The notes: generated by a model not told the origin, from the sequence alone. 64,000 nt of DNA from Nitrospirota bacterium (GCA_963790205.1 CAWBNQ010000001.1:352001-416000); one strand, 5' to 3'. Shown: positions 18,095 through 28,462, counted from the stretch's first letter. Translations and numbers: made by a program.

Positions 18095-19695
18095 CGGGCT
18101 GTTGCCCAAAGGACTTCCCGCGAACGATCAAGCGCCTTGATGCGTAAAGAGGTCTAAGCTAATGACGGGCAATATCGGTTCTGTCTCAAGGGAACATGCA
18201 AAATGAGCGATCCGAAAGCCTTTGCCACTGTTCTTTGAACAACGAGCAGCCGTACCGCAGCTGCTTTCTTCGGCTTGGAAGCATGCGCTATTAGCACTTG
18301 CATGTTCTGGATGGCACAGGTCATATATTCCTGGACCCGCATTCGCCAAAGGCCTCGCCAGCGTGCTTGATCGAAGCCGTATCGGGTGCCCCTGGCAAAG
18401 GATCGCTCCATCAGGTGTTGTCTGGTTTTGATGTCGTACCGTGCATTGGCTGATCGACTGATTGCACGCATGCGCTCCAGAACATTCTGCCGGAGATGAC
18501 GCTTGATCGTTCGGCCGGACTTGTTTTTCGTGCATTGCTCTCTAAGCTGGCACGCTGCGCAGACTTTCCTGGGCGCTGCGTAATCCCGGCTTTGTCTGGC
18601 TATATGCAGCGACTTCGGCTTGAGCTGAGTTCCTGCCGGGCACATATAGGAGTCGGTGGCAGGATCATAGGAAAATCTATCTTCCATAAAGATGTCGGTT
18701 TTCGCTATGCGATTGATCGCCACGTCTCGTAAATCCGGGATATGCGCCTTTATGCCCTTGTCATGGCAGGCAAGGAAGTTGTCGATCGTTCCGTACTTAC
18801 TGTCCGCAACAACCGTTTCGGCCTCGACTTCCGTTGTTGCGTGGTGTTGCTCAAGCAGCGAAAGCATCAGATGGGCTTCGTTCACATCGCCGGGCGCTAC
18901 GTCGGTTGCAGTGATGATTTCTTTTTTACCGTCAACGGCCCGATGCACTTGGTAGGAAAGTTTGGATTTCCCCCGGTTCACCAGGGCCGCGTCCGGGTCG
19001 GTGGTGGAGATATAGCGGTTGTTCTTTTTTTCGTAGGTCCTGGAAGGATCAGTGCTTTCGGTGCGTTCTTCCAAGCGGGCTTCCAGCTTTTTATAATTTT
19101 TGTGCAACTGATGTTTCAGGTTCCGGGTATCGAGAACCGAACTGTTGGAGGCATTTGCATCCACCAGACTGGAGTCGACGAAGATCTTGCGGCCGTCAAT
19201 AAGACCGGCTTCCGCGCACTGCAGAACAATACGTTCGAAGAACCTTTGAAAAACATCGAGGCCCCATTTTTTGCGGGCCTTGGATAGCACGCTATGGTTG
19301 GGAATTTCAGAATCAAGGTCATACCCGAGAAACCAGAGCCAATCCATACGCTCTGGCAGGGTGTCCATCAGCTCCCGCTCCGAGCGGACATTATAAAAGA
19401 TCAGGAGTAGCATCAGTTTCAGGATAATTGGTGGTGGCACTGAAACGTTGCCGTTGTTGCCGTACAAGTCCTTGACTTCGTCATAGGCGAAGTTGAAATC
19501 GATCAGCGTATTGACTTTTCTCAAAGGATGGTTCTCACGAACCCGTTTTTCTATATTGATGCCGATATAGAACAAGCTGCTTTGAGGCGGTTGCTGCAAT
19601 CCCATCATGGCTATTGGCTCCTGATGTCGTGATTGACGTCGCAGCAATATAGCATTACTGAGTGGCTTTCTCAATATCATTTGGGCAACAGCCCG
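18095..19695 (-). mobile_element. IS1182-family insertion sequence (1601 bp)
   Basis: Perfect 16-bp terminal inverted repeats cgggctgttgcccaaa / tttgggcaacagcccg; 4-bp GAGA target duplication (18091-18094, 19696-19699). Confidence 0.9.
18154..19608 (-). CDS. IS1182-family DDE transposase
   Basis: ENHPLRK, SERELM, PNHSVLS, VDSS, TTDPDA, ADSKYG, YMCPAG..CAAC..C, R..MERSFA. True start MMGLQQ at 19608; the longer ORF runs outside the IS. Confidence 0.88.
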   Translation of the reverse strand: MMGLQQPPQSSLFYIGINIEKRVRENHPLRKVNTLIDFNFAYDEVKDLYGNNGNVSVPPPIILKLMLLLIFYNVRSERELMDTLPERMDWLWFLGYDLDSEIPNHSVLSKARKKWGLDVFQRFFERIVLQCAEAGLIDGRKIFVDSSLVDANASNSSVLDTRNLKHQLHKNYKKLEARLEERTESTDPSRTYEKKNNRYISTTDPDAALVNRGKSKLSYQVHRAVDGKKEIITATDVAPGDVNEAHLMLSLLEQHHATTEVEAETVVADSKYGTIDNFLACHDKGIKAHIPDLRDVAINRIAKTDIFMEDRFSYDPATDSYMCPAGTQLKPKSLHIARQSRDYAAPRKVCAACQLREQCTKNKSGRTIKRHLRQNVLERMRAISRSANARYDIKTRQHLMERSFARGTRYGFDQARWRGLWRMRVQEYMTCAIQNMQVLIAHASKPKKAAAVRLLVVQRTVAKAFGSLILHVPLRQNRYCPSLA

Positions 19696-19737
19696 GAGAC
19701 AGGTGACTCTGATACCGATATCCGGGAAGGTGCAGCC

Positions 19738-20769
19738 ATGAAAGCGCTCTACTACGATGAACAAAAAGGGTACAAGGCGATCAAGATCGGGGATTTTCCA
19801 ATCCCGGAGATGAGCGAGGACGAGGTCTTGGTCAGGGTAAAAGCCTTCTCGCTCAACCACCTCGATGCCTGGGTCATGGGCGGGAACTACCCGGTCAAGG
19901 TCCTTCTGCCCCACATCTTCGGCTCCGATGCATCCGGCATTGTCGAAAAGGCCGGCAAGGCCGTTCACCATATCAAAGCGGGAGATGAGGTGATCGTCTT
20001 TCCCGGGCTTTCCTGCGGGCATTGCGAGAAATGTCTCAGCGGACTCGATAACGAGTGCAACAGCTTCTCGATCTTAGGCGTGCTGACGAACGGCGCGTCG
20101 GCGGAATACGTGAAAGCTCCCGCTGAGAATATCTTCAAGAAGCCCGACGGCCTCTCCTTCGAGGAGGCGGCGGGCATCGGCATTACCTATGCCACGTCAT
20201 GGAATTCGCTCGTTCTACGTGCCGGCATCAGGCAGGGCGATACGGTATTGATACACGCGGCAGGAAGCGGCGCGGGAACAGCGCTTATCCAAGTGGCGAA
20301 ACTGTACAATGCCACGGTCATCACCACCGTGGGCGACGACTGGAAGATCGGGAAGGCGAAGGAGCTGGGCGCGGACCATGTCGTCAACCACCGCAACGAG
20401 GATTTCGTTGAGGCGGTAAAGCGGATAACCGGGGGCGGGCTCGCGGACATCGTCGTGGACCACGTGGGGGCTGCTACCTTCAACAAGTCCCTCTCGTGCC
20501 TCACGCGCGGCGGCAAGCTCGTGACGTTCGGCAATACGAGCGGCGACGAAGTGCCGATCAGCCTTCGTTACATCTTTGGGAAGAACATTACGGTTCACGG
20601 CGTCTACGTGGGCCCGAAGGCGGCGATGGTCCGGCTTCTGAAGCTCTTTCCGCATAAGCTCAGGACCGTCGTCGATTCGGTGTTCGAGTTTGCCGACGCA
20701 AAGGAGGCCTACGAGAAACTCCTCTCCCGGCAGTTCTTCGGAAAGATCGTGGTAAAGGTTTTATCCTGA
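19738..20769 (+). CDS. Zinc-binding alcohol dehydrogenase / quinone oxidoreductase (MDR family)
   Basis: NHLD, GSDASG, CGHCEKC..ECN structural Zn site, AAGSGAG nucleotide-binding motif, FGKIVV. Confidence 0.92.
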   Translation: MKALYYDEQKGYKAIKIGDFPIPEMSEDEVLVRVKAFSLNHLDAWVMGGNYPVKVLLPHIFGSDASGIVEKAGKAVHHIKAGDEVIVFPGLSCGHCEKCLSGLDNECNSFSILGVLTNGASAEYVKAPAENIFKKPDGLSFEEAAGIGITYATSWNSLVLRAGIRQGDTVLIHAAGSGAGTALIQVAKLYNATVITTVGDDWKIGKAKELGADHVVNHRNEDFVEAVKRITGGGLADIVVDHVGAATFNKSLSCLTRGGKLVTFGNTSGDEVPISLRYIFGKNITVHGVYVGPKAAMVRLLKLFPHKLRTVVDSVFEFADAKEAYEKLLSRQFFGKIVVKVLS

Positions 20770-20782
20770 AAAGGGCATTTAG

Positions 20783-20922
20783 ACACGGAAGAATCGGATT
20801 TAATATTATGGTAAAAGCGGATGAAAAGAGGGTCGATATTCGTTATAGCCCTCACCCCATGGATGAACTGCTTTTCCGGAAAAATCCGATTTGATCCGAC
20901 CCTTATCCGCATTCATCCGTGG
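20783..20922. repeat. Intergenic short-period (CGGAT / ATCCG) inverted repeat tract
   Basis: cacggaagaatcggattt...gcggatg arm faces aatccgatttgatccgacccttatccgcattcatccgtggc. Confidence 0.6.
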
Positions 20923-20952
20923 CAAATGCCGCTTCCAGGTTATCCTGTTCGT

Positions 20953-21852
20953 TCAAGACCCGGGAAAATTCCCGATCACCGTAAGCGCCTTCGGCACGAC
21001 CTCGATCTCGAAACGAGTTTCACCATTGCCATAGATCTCGCCGTCGACATGGACCGGCACCGGGCCGGTGGCTTCTACCTTCAACGTTGTTGTTCTTAAA
21101 AGGGCCGCGTAATTTTTTGCCCGCTCGATCGTTCCCCGGAAGACCTTGGGCAGGTGCCAGAGCAGGACGGGAATGCGCAGGGGCTTTACGATCGTGACAT
21201 CCAGAAGCGCATCATTGATCTTCGCATGCGGCGTCAGCTTGAATCCCCCGCCCACGGTCGTGCCGTTCCCCACGGTGAGAAGAAAAATGTCCTGGTTGAA
21301 CACCGTGTTGTTTATCGTTATTTTCAGCGGTACCGCATCATATTTCCCCAGGGTTTTGAGCAAAGCGCACAGGTATAGAAAGAGCCCCCGTTTGGAATGG
21401 TTGATCGTATAGCTCGCACGGTTCACGGCCGCATCGAAGCCGATCCCCACGCCGTTCGCAAAATACGTCCCGTTGACTTTTCCCACATCGATCAATCCGG
21501 CATCACCCTTGAGCAGTATGTCGACGGCCTTGCTGACATTGGTGGGGATGCCAACGGATTTGATAAAATCATTACCCGAGCCTGCCGGGATGATGCCGAG
21601 GGGCCTGTTCGAGAATATCATGCCCGGTATGATCTCATTGATGGTGCCGTCGCCTCCGATGGCCACGATGACGTCGAACTCTTCGAGCGCCTTTCGTGCG
21701 ATGTTCGCCGCGTCCCGCGGACCTTTCGTAAGTTCAAGGTCGAAGGTCGCGCCCCGGCCCTTGAGCAGTTCCAGTACCCGCACGATCATTTCTTTTGATC
21801 TTCCCCGTCCGGCAGCAGGGTTGGCGATCAATTTGTATTTTTTTGTCATCAT
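20953..21852 (-). CDS. Diacylglycerol kinase family (YegS/DagK-like) lipid kinase
   Basis: NPAAG, GGDGT, PAGSGNDF, GIGFDA, HVDGE; start at MMTKK (21852). Confidence 0.93.
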   Translation of the reverse strand: MMTKKYKLIANPAAGRGRSKEMIVRVLELLKGRGATFDLELTKGPRDAANIARKALEEFDVIVAIGGDGTINEIIPGMIFSNRPLGIIPAGSGNDFIKSVGIPTNVSKAVDILLKGDAGLIDVGKVNGTYFANGVGIGFDAAVNRASYTINHSKRGLFLYLCALLKTLGKYDAVPLKITINNTVFNQDIFLLTVGNGTTVGGGFKLTPHAKINDALLDVTIVKPLRIPVLLWHLPKVFRGTIERAKNYAALLRTTTLKVEATGPVPVHVDGEIYGNGETRFEIEVVPKALTVIGNFPGS

Positions 21853-22007
21853 AAAAGGAAAGAATGCACGTTCATTATAGATAAGGAGACGTCCATTAGT
21901 CAATCGATACCGCGCGAAAGCATTAAAATCTTGAAATCCTCCAGGCTTTGTGAAATAATGCAACCAGGCGGCGAGATGCGGTTTTCGACGCGGCGCAGGG
22001 AGGACGC

Positions 22008-22466
22008 ATGTTCCTGACCATCCTTCTCATCATCCACGTCATTTGCGTCATCATCTGGATCGGCGGGGTCGCTTTTGTGACCATGGTGATCTTCCCGATG
22101 ATGTATCGCACCGGGGGCTCGCTCGAAAAGGCGCTCCTGTTCCAGGGCGTCGAGCACCGGTTCGGGGGCATGGTAAAGTGGCTTATCGCGGTCGTCGGCG
22201 TGACGGGTTTCTGGATGCTCTCCGCGAAATACGGGTTCAACATCCTGCTTGAGCCCCATGGCTTCGGCATCATCCTCATGCTGTTCGCCTGGACCCTCTA
22301 CACAACAGTCCTCCTTTTTGAGCGGAAAATATTCGGCAGGCTCTTCGCCGACCCGGAAAAGATCGACATGAACAAGGCGCTCAGGATGATCAACGCGATG
22401 CACTGGTTCCTTCTGATTATAAGCTTTTCCGCCGTTGCGGGAGGCGTGTGGTTCGGGCACAATTGA
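22008..22466 (+). CDS. Four-helix integral membrane protein (CopD/DUF2269-like N-terminus)
   Basis: IHVICVIIWIGG motif, four hydrophobic segments, GGAGG RBS. Confidence 0.75.
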   Translation: MFLTILLIIHVICVIIWIGGVAFVTMVIFPMMYRTGGSLEKALLFQGVEHRFGGMVKWLIAVVGVTGFWMLSAKYGFNILLEPHGFGIILMLFAWTLYTTVLLFERKIFGRLFADPEKIDMNKALRMINAMHWFLLIISFSAVAGGVWFGHN

Positions 22467-22549
22467 TTGCGGATTGCGGAATGCGGAATGAAAATGACTT
22501 CCCCTCACCTTAATCCTCTCCCTGCCGGGGAGAGGGCAGGGGTGAGAGG
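22467..22549. repeat. Heptamer tract plus REP-like palindrome
   Basis: ttgcgga ttgcgga atgcgga, then cccctcaccttaatcctctccc-tgccg-gggagagggcaggggtgagagg. Confidence 0.75.
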
Positions 22550-22589
22550 CCTGTTCTGATGAAAATTTAAAGCACCGAGATGGTTATAA

Positions 22590-23399
22590 ATGATTTTATT
22601 TGAAGCAATTATCCTGGGCATTGTCCAGGGTATCACGGAGTTCCTGCCGATCAGCTCCTCGGCCCACTTGATCCTGATACCCTGGATGTTCGGGTGGCGG
22701 GGAACGCTGATCGACAGCCTGAACTTCGATGTGGCGCTTCATGCAGGGACCCTTGTGGCAATCCTGGCGTTCTTCTGGCGCGACTGGCTTGACCTGCTCA
22801 GAAAATTCTTTGCAGGAATGAATGACGGGACCTGGAAAACGGGGGAGGGAAGGCTGGTATGGTTCATTGTCCTGTCCACGATCCCCGCCGGCGTTCTCGG
22901 CGTGAAATACGAGCACGTGGTCGAGGAGAGCTTCCGGAACCCGCTTTTGATCGCTGCGTCGCTTATCGTTATCAGCATCGTGATGTGGGCCGCGGACCGG
23001 TTCAGTGCAAAGACCGCAGGCATGGACCGTATGACGCTCGGCAATGCGGTGTTCATCGGCTGCGCCCAGGCCACGGCCCTTGTCCCGGGGGTCTCCCGCT
23101 CGGGAAGCACCATCATTGCCGGGCTTTTTGCCGGATACACGCGTGAGAGCGCTGCCCGGTTTTCCTTTCTGCTTTCCACGCCGGTCCTTGCCGGGGCCGC
23201 AGTGCTGAAGCTGCATAAGCTCCATCTCGCGCCGGGAGAGGCGCTCCCCTTCGCAGTGGGGACGGTCTGTTCCGCAGTGGTTGGATATTTGAGCATAAAA
23301 TTTTTTCTTCAATATCTGAACCGGCATTCGCTGAACCTCTTTGTGTGGTACCGGCTTGCGCTGGCCGCGGCGGTTTTGGTGCTGTGGGCGGTGAGGTGA
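22590..23399 (+). CDS. uppP: Undecaprenyl-diphosphatase
   Basis: QGITEFLPISSSAHL, PGVSRSGST, ARFSFLLS. Confidence 0.96.
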   Translation: MILFEAIILGIVQGITEFLPISSSAHLILIPWMFGWRGTLIDSLNFDVALHAGTLVAILAFFWRDWLDLLRKFFAGMNDGTWKTGEGRLVWFIVLSTIPAGVLGVKYEHVVEESFRNPLLIAASLIVISIVMWAADRFSAKTAGMDRMTLGNAVFIGCAQATALVPGVSRSGSTIIAGLFAGYTRESAARFSFLLSTPVLAGAAVLKLHKLHLAPGEALPFAVGTVCSAVVGYLSIKFFLQYLNRHSLNLFVWYRLALAAAVLVLWAVR

Positions 23400-23411
23400 T
23401 GGGGACTTGCG

Positions 23412-23592
23412 TTCAAACAGTTTAAACCGTTCAACCGGTTCAAACAGATAACAAAGAGAACACCTTATAGATAACATCTCTTGCCACAGAGACTCAGAGA
23501 GCGCGAAGCAATGCCAGCAATTCAGCTATTTGCTCTTGTGAGTAAGTTCCGCTTAAACAGCTTAAACCGCTTGAGCAGTTTGAACGGTTAAC
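23412..23592. repeat. 9-mer tandem repeat tracts (ttcaaacag-like)
   Basis: ttcaaacag tttaaaccg ttcaaccgg ttcaaacag ... cttaaacag cttaaaccg cttgagcag tttgaacgg. Confidence 0.75.
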
Positions 23593-23606
23593 TAAAAAAG
23601 GAGTCT

Positions 23607-25799
23607 ATGGCGGTTTCCGCGGAAAAACATAAGCAGTGGAACGAGGTGGTCGGGCTGCTCCTCTTTGCAGTGGGGCTCCTGATCATGCTCAGCCTAATCT
23701 CGTACAGCGCGTCCGACCCCTGCTTCAGCGTTTCCAGCGCGGGCGCTGAAACGCACAATTACATCGGGCTCATCGGCGCTTATCTTTCCGACGTGCTCCT
23801 GTATCTCTTCGGCCTGTCCTCCTACTTCATTCCGCTCTTTCTCTTCGGCTATGCCGTGTTCCTCGCGATAGGGGGCAAAGCCGTGCACCCGCGCCTCAAA
23901 AAGATCGGCGGCCTCGTTCTCTTTTTTTCCGCAGCGGCCTTCTTCGGGTTTCAGGGAAAAACCGTCCGTCTTTTCGAGGAAGAGGTCCCTTCCGGAGGCC
24001 TGCTCGGCAGCTTTCTTGCCTCTCTCCTCTCAACAGGATTTTCCGCCGCCGGCGCGTACATCATCACGATCACTGCCATCGTTATTGCTCTCATGCTGCT
24101 CACGCCGTTCTCGCCGCTCAAGGCCCTGGCCTGGCTCCGCAAGCTCACCGGCCGCGCGCTGGAACAACTGGACCTCATCATCACGCTCTACCGGGCCCGC
24201 AGGGAAAAAGCGCGCGAGGCCAGGCAGCGGCCGGTGCTTCCGAAGGAGCCGCCGAAGATCGTCGAGACGCAGAAGCAGCCGACGGCGCGGGAACCCCGGC
24301 CGGAAAGACCGCCCAAGCCGGTCCAGGCGACCTTCGAGTTCATGGCAGGCGCGGACGGCAAGGGGGCATATCAGCTCCCGTCACCGGACCTGCTCGATCC
24401 GCTGCCGCCGGTCACGAAGAAGGCCTCGAAAGAAGACATGCTCGCCCAGTCCGAACTTCTGGCCAGAAAGCTCATGGACTTCGACATCCAGGGCCGCGTG
24501 ACGCAGGTCTATCCCGGCCCCGTGGTCACCATGTTCGAGTTCGAGCCCGCCCCGGGCGTCAAGGTGAGCAGGATCGTGAACCTCAGCGACGACCTGGCGC
24601 TTTCCATGAAGGCCGCGTCCGTGCGCATCGTGGCGCCGCTTCCGGGCAAGGCCGCGGTAGGCATCGAGGTCCCGAACAACACGAGAGAGACGGTCTATTT
24701 CCGCCAGATCCTCGAGTCCCCGGAGTATTTGTCCCACAAGTCCAAACTGAAGGTCCCGCTCGGCAAGGACATCTTCGGCGTGTCGGTGGTATCCAGCCTC
24801 GACAAAATGCCGCACCTGCTCGTGGCGGGCGCCACGGGGTCGGGCAAGAGCGTGGCCATCAACTCCATCATCCTGGCGCTCCTGTATAACGCGCGTCCGA
24901 ACGAGGTGAAGCTCGTGATGGTGGACCCCAAGATGCTCGAGCTTTCCCTGTATAACGACATCCCGCACCTCCTGACGCCGGTGGTGACCCAGCCGAAGAA
25001 GGCGGCGGAAACGCTCCGGGCGCTGGTCGCCGAGATGGAGCGCCGCTACCGCCAGCTTGCGGCCAAGGGCTCGAAGAACATCGAATCCTACAACAAGGCC
25101 GTGTCCGAGGAGGAACGCCTTCCTTTCATCGTGGTCATCATCGACGAGCTCGCGGACCTCATGATGACCGTGCAGCGCGAGGTCGAGGACTCGATCATGC
25201 GCCTGGCGCAGATGGCGCGCGCCGCGGGCATCCACCTGATCGTCGCCACCCAGCGGCCGAGCGTGGACGTGATCACCGGCCTCATCAAGGCCAACCTCCC
25301 GGCCCGCATCTCCTTCCAGGTCTCGTCCAAGACCGACTCCCGCACGATCCTCGACGCGAACGGCGCAGAGAACCTCCTGGGCATGGGCGACATGCTCTTT
25401 CTTCCTCCCGCTTCCGCGCACCTGGTCCGGGTCCACGGCTGCTTCGTGTCCGAGGCCGAGATCAAGCGCGTGGTCGAATTCGTCAAGAAGCAGGCCAGGC
25501 CGAACTACGAGCTCCTCCAGCAGCGCGTGAAGGAAGTTGCCGAGGCCGAAGTCGCGGAAGTCGAAGAGGGCGAACGGGACGAGTTCTACGATCGCGCTGT
25601 CGAGCTGGTGCAGCTGAACGGCCAGGCCTCGACCTCGTTCCTCCAGCGGCGCTTGCGCGTGGGCTACAACCGCGCGGCCCGCATGATCGAGATGATGGCC
25701 GAAGACGGCATCGTCGGCCCCGCCGACGGCGCCAAGCCCCGCGAGGTCCTGGTCCGGAAGAACATGGACGGGACCGAAAGAAACCTCGACGATATCTGA
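23607..25799 (+). CDS. ftsK: DNA translocase FtsK
   Basis: N-terminal 4TM domain, GATGSGKS, IIDELADLMM, ATQRPSVDVITG, gamma domain LQRRLRVGYNRAAR. Confidence 0.97.
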   Translation: MAVSAEKHKQWNEVVGLLLFAVGLLIMLSLISYSASDPCFSVSSAGAETHNYIGLIGAYLSDVLLYLFGLSSYFIPLFLFGYAVFLAIGGKAVHPRLKKIGGLVLFFSAAAFFGFQGKTVRLFEEEVPSGGLLGSFLASLLSTGFSAAGAYIITITAIVIALMLLTPFSPLKALAWLRKLTGRALEQLDLIITLYRARREKAREARQRPVLPKEPPKIVETQKQPTAREPRPERPPKPVQATFEFMAGADGKGAYQLPSPDLLDPLPPVTKKASKEDMLAQSELLARKLMDFDIQGRVTQVYPGPVVTMFEFEPAPGVKVSRIVNLSDDLALSMKAASVRIVAPLPGKAAVGIEVPNNTRETVYFRQILESPEYLSHKSKLKVPLGKDIFGVSVVSSLDKMPHLLVAGATGSGKSVAINSIILALLYNARPNEVKLVMVDPKMLELSLYNDIPHLLTPVVTQPKKAAETLRALVAEMERRYRQLAAKGSKNIESYNKAVSEEERLPFIVVIIDELADLMMTVQREVEDSIMRLAQMARAAGIHLIVATQRPSVDVITGLIKANLPARISFQVSSKTDSRTILDANGAENLLGMGDMLFLPPASAHLVRVHGCFVSEAEIKRVVEFVKKQARPNYELLQQRVKEVAEAEVAEVEEGERDEFYDRAVELVQLNGQASTSFLQRRLRVGYNRAARMIEMMAEDGIVGPADGAKPREVLVRKNMDGTERNLDDI

Positions 25800-25835
25800 G
25801 GCTGTTTCGTTAATCTGCCCGCTTTTTCTTAATAG

Positions 25836-26015
25836 CGCTTTATTACTGACAACGATCTTGTGCCCGTACGCCTCTGGTTCACGGACAACGCGTCGCGGGA
25901 AAAGACCAAAGCTGCCAGCGGAAGGTGGAGCCCTGAGAAGCGCCGCTGGTTTGTAAAATTCGGTAAAATCGCGGGCACGCCGCTGGAAAAGCATATGCAT
26001 ATAGATGGTTCATAG
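25836..26015 (+). pseudogene. 3' remnant of a small hypothetical gene with a GRWxPEKxxW motif (DUF5710-like)
   Basis: Frame reads ...DNDLVPVRLWFTDNASREKTKAASGRWSPEKRRWFVKFGKIAGTPLEKHMHIDGS* with no proper 5' part; family recognised from memory only. Confidence 0.5.
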
Positions 26016-26084
26016 AAGTTTGTTAAACATCAATCTGAAAGCCCTTGAAAAGGGTACGCCTGAAAAAAAAGCATAGCAGAATCG

Positions 26085-26142
26085 AAATAACGAGCGCGTC
26101 GAGTGAGTCGCAAAAAGCACGCTCCTCACGCGCGCGTTAGGC
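26085..26142 (+). other. Integron attC site 1
   Basis: aaaTAAC ... gcgcgt(c)gag / ctcacgcgc stem with the extra L'' base ... GTTAGGC; 58 bp. Confidence 0.8.
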
Positions 26143-26425
26143 AGTTTGAAGCTTGAGCATAGCGTAGGGGCTTCCCTTCAGTTTCGCCTTAAGCAGGACG
26201 GCGAGATCCTAGAGTCTCGGCGGCGCGTTGATTTGAATTACAAACTAAACCATGAATCTTATGCTCGAAGGAAACAATAAATGACCGATTGGAGCACAGC
26301 AATCTGCGAAACAAACGAAATTAAAATGCACTACACGAGAACTGGAGGAAGCAAGCCCCCTTTAATTTTGCTACACGGATTAACTGCTAATGGAGTCTGC
26401 TGGACTGCTTTGGCACATGCTCTAG

Positions 26426-27758
26426 CAGGCCGCTGAAAAAGTGGCCTTCAGTTTAAAAAATTCTATTCGGAGCTTGATTTTTATCCTACTGCAAAGCCTA
26501 TGACACACTTTGTAGCTCATTCAAGATCGCCTTTCGGCACCCATTATCGGGATTCTACTGCGCTTTTGCTATGTAGCAGCCGCAGTTCGCCGTTGGATAT
26601 TTACTATTCGCAGCAGGTTGTATGCAGCTCCGACGAACAAGGCTTGAAGGTGGGTTCGATCTCTTCCCTTGTACCGTGTCCGCCTGAAACCGCCGATGCT
26701 CTTGAGCCATCCGAAGATCTCTTCCACCCGTTTTCGGATTCGCTGGCTGATGTTGTATCCTTCGTGCCGCGTGGTGCGTCCATCTATGGCAGAGCCGCCT
26801 CTTCTTTCGGTGTTGGCCGCAACATGCGGCGTGATCTCTCTGCCCCGCATGGCCTCAACAAAGCCCTGGGTATCGTAGCCCTTATCGGCACCGATGGTCT
26901 TGGGTTTAACGCGTTTCCGCGCCTGACGGGTAAGCATATCCTTGGCCGCCTCCCGTTCCGCATCACCCGTTGCCGGGGTAACGGTGATGTCGACCAGCAG
27001 GCCGTTTCGGTTCTCCATCAAGGCATGGGCGCCGAAAGAAAGCTTAGCCTCCTTGCCCGCGCTCTTCTTCATCAAACGAGACTCGGGATCAGTGGTAGAA
27101 GCATGAGTCTTGTTCGACCGTTTCTCACCCCGAAAGTTCACCGTGGGATTTCCCGGATCATCGTCCGTCGTCGGGCGGTCCGAAGGGTCCTCGTCCTTGG
27201 GACGGAAGCTCTTCAGACTGGCGCAGGCCTCAATAAGGCTGCCGTCCACCGTAAAATGATCATCCGAGAGCAGCCCGCCTTTCCGGGCGATGTTAACCAC
27301 ACGATCAAAAAACTTCACGGCCACCCGATGTTCCAGAAGCCGATCCCGGTTCTTCGTGAACGTCGTGGGATCGAAGGACGACTCTTCCAGGTCCATATCC
27401 AAAAACCAGCGGAAGAGAATGTTATAATCCACCATTTCGCAGAACTGGGTTTCGGAACGCACCGAGTACAGGGCGATCAAGAGCTGGGATTTCAGCAGCC
27501 TCTCCGGCGGGATCGACGGCCGCCCCATGTTGCTGTACATGGAGTCGAAGACCGGCGAAAGCTCTGCAAGAACCGTATCCGCATGGGCTTTGATCGCCCG
27601 CAGAGGATGCTGGGCCGGGACACGCTGTTCAGGAGAAAAGTAACTGAACATCCCGCTCTGAATCTCGTTTTCACCGCGCATGTGGCCTCCTTGTCAACTG
27701 CCGTTGCGCCACTATACGCATTTACATCACGTTTGAAAAGGACTTTTTCAGCAAACTG
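26426..27758 (-). mobile_element. IS5-family insertion sequence (1333 bp)
   Basis: Inverted repeats caggccgctgaaaaagt / actttttcagcaaactg; CTAG target duplication at 26422-26425 and 27759-27762. Confidence 0.93.
26569..27681 (-). CDS. IS5-family DDE transposase
   Basis: GRPSIPPERLL, FRWFL, VDGSLI, STTDPE, GADKGYD, RKRVEEIFGW. Confidence 0.95.
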   Translation of the reverse strand: MRGENEIQSGMFSYFSPEQRVPAQHPLRAIKAHADTVLAELSPVFDSMYSNMGRPSIPPERLLKSQLLIALYSVRSETQFCEMVDYNILFRWFLDMDLEESSFDPTTFTKNRDRLLEHRVAVKFFDRVVNIARKGGLLSDDHFTVDGSLIEACASLKSFRPKDEDPSDRPTTDDDPGNPTVNFRGEKRSNKTHASTTDPESRLMKKSAGKEAKLSFGAHALMENRNGLLVDITVTPATGDAEREAAKDMLTRQARKRVKPKTIGADKGYDTQGFVEAMRGREITPHVAANTERRGGSAIDGRTTRHEGYNISQRIRKRVEEIFGWLKSIGGFRRTRYKGRDRTHLQALFVGAAYNLLRIVNIQRRTAAAT

Positions 27759-28462
27759 CTAGAGGGAGAATATGACGTAATCATGCCCGATGCTAGGGGT
27801 CATGGAAAGTCGAGCGTGCCTGACTATGGATACCGATACGAAGACCATGCAAACGATGTCGTCGGTCTTATTAAGGCTCTCGGATTTCTTCCTCCGATTC
27901 TGATCGGACACTCCATGGGAGGTATGACTGCAGCCGTGGTGGCAAGTCGTAACCCAAAGCTACTCCGTGGCCTAATCTTGGCTGATCCAACGTTCTTGAG
28001 TCCAAAAGTTCAGCGCGAAGTTTGCGATAGCGATGTGCCCGATCAGCATCGGCGAATTCTCAATACATCATTGGATGAAGTGGTGGCAGAAGCCCGAATT
28101 AGACACCCTGATCGGTCATCGGATACCATCGAGCTAATCGCCCGGGCACGACTTCAAACTAGTATGGCGGCTTTCGACGTTCTCAGGCTACCAAACCCTG
28201 ATTATAAGCAATTGGTGAGTGCGGTTGATGTTCCAAGCCTGCTCGTATTTGGTGATAAAGGTGTGGTTTCGTCTGTTGTTGCCGAAGAGCTGCAACGTCT
28301 TAATCCGAGATTTCAGGTTGACCAGATCCCGGAAGTTGGCCACGGACTCCACTATGACCGGCCCGAGCACTTTGCGGCTGTCGTCAAATCCTTCTTATGT
28401 TCAATTGGTACAGTAACTGAGCCACGCGGAACTTTGTAACCTATAGGGTCACGTCTTGTAAC

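Larger units (their letters stand above)
26281..28439 (+). pseudogene. Alpha/beta hydrolase cassette gene interrupted by IS5
   Basis: MTDWS...LLHGLT...AHAL|EGEYDVIMPDARGHG rejoins in frame on removing the IS and one CTAG copy; GHSMGG nucleophile elbow. Confidence 0.92.

Noticed and set aside
19609..20022. N-terminal extension of the 622-aa transposase ORF
   Set aside because: It runs past the IS inverted repeat and is antisense to the Zn-ADH gene; the real start is 19608.
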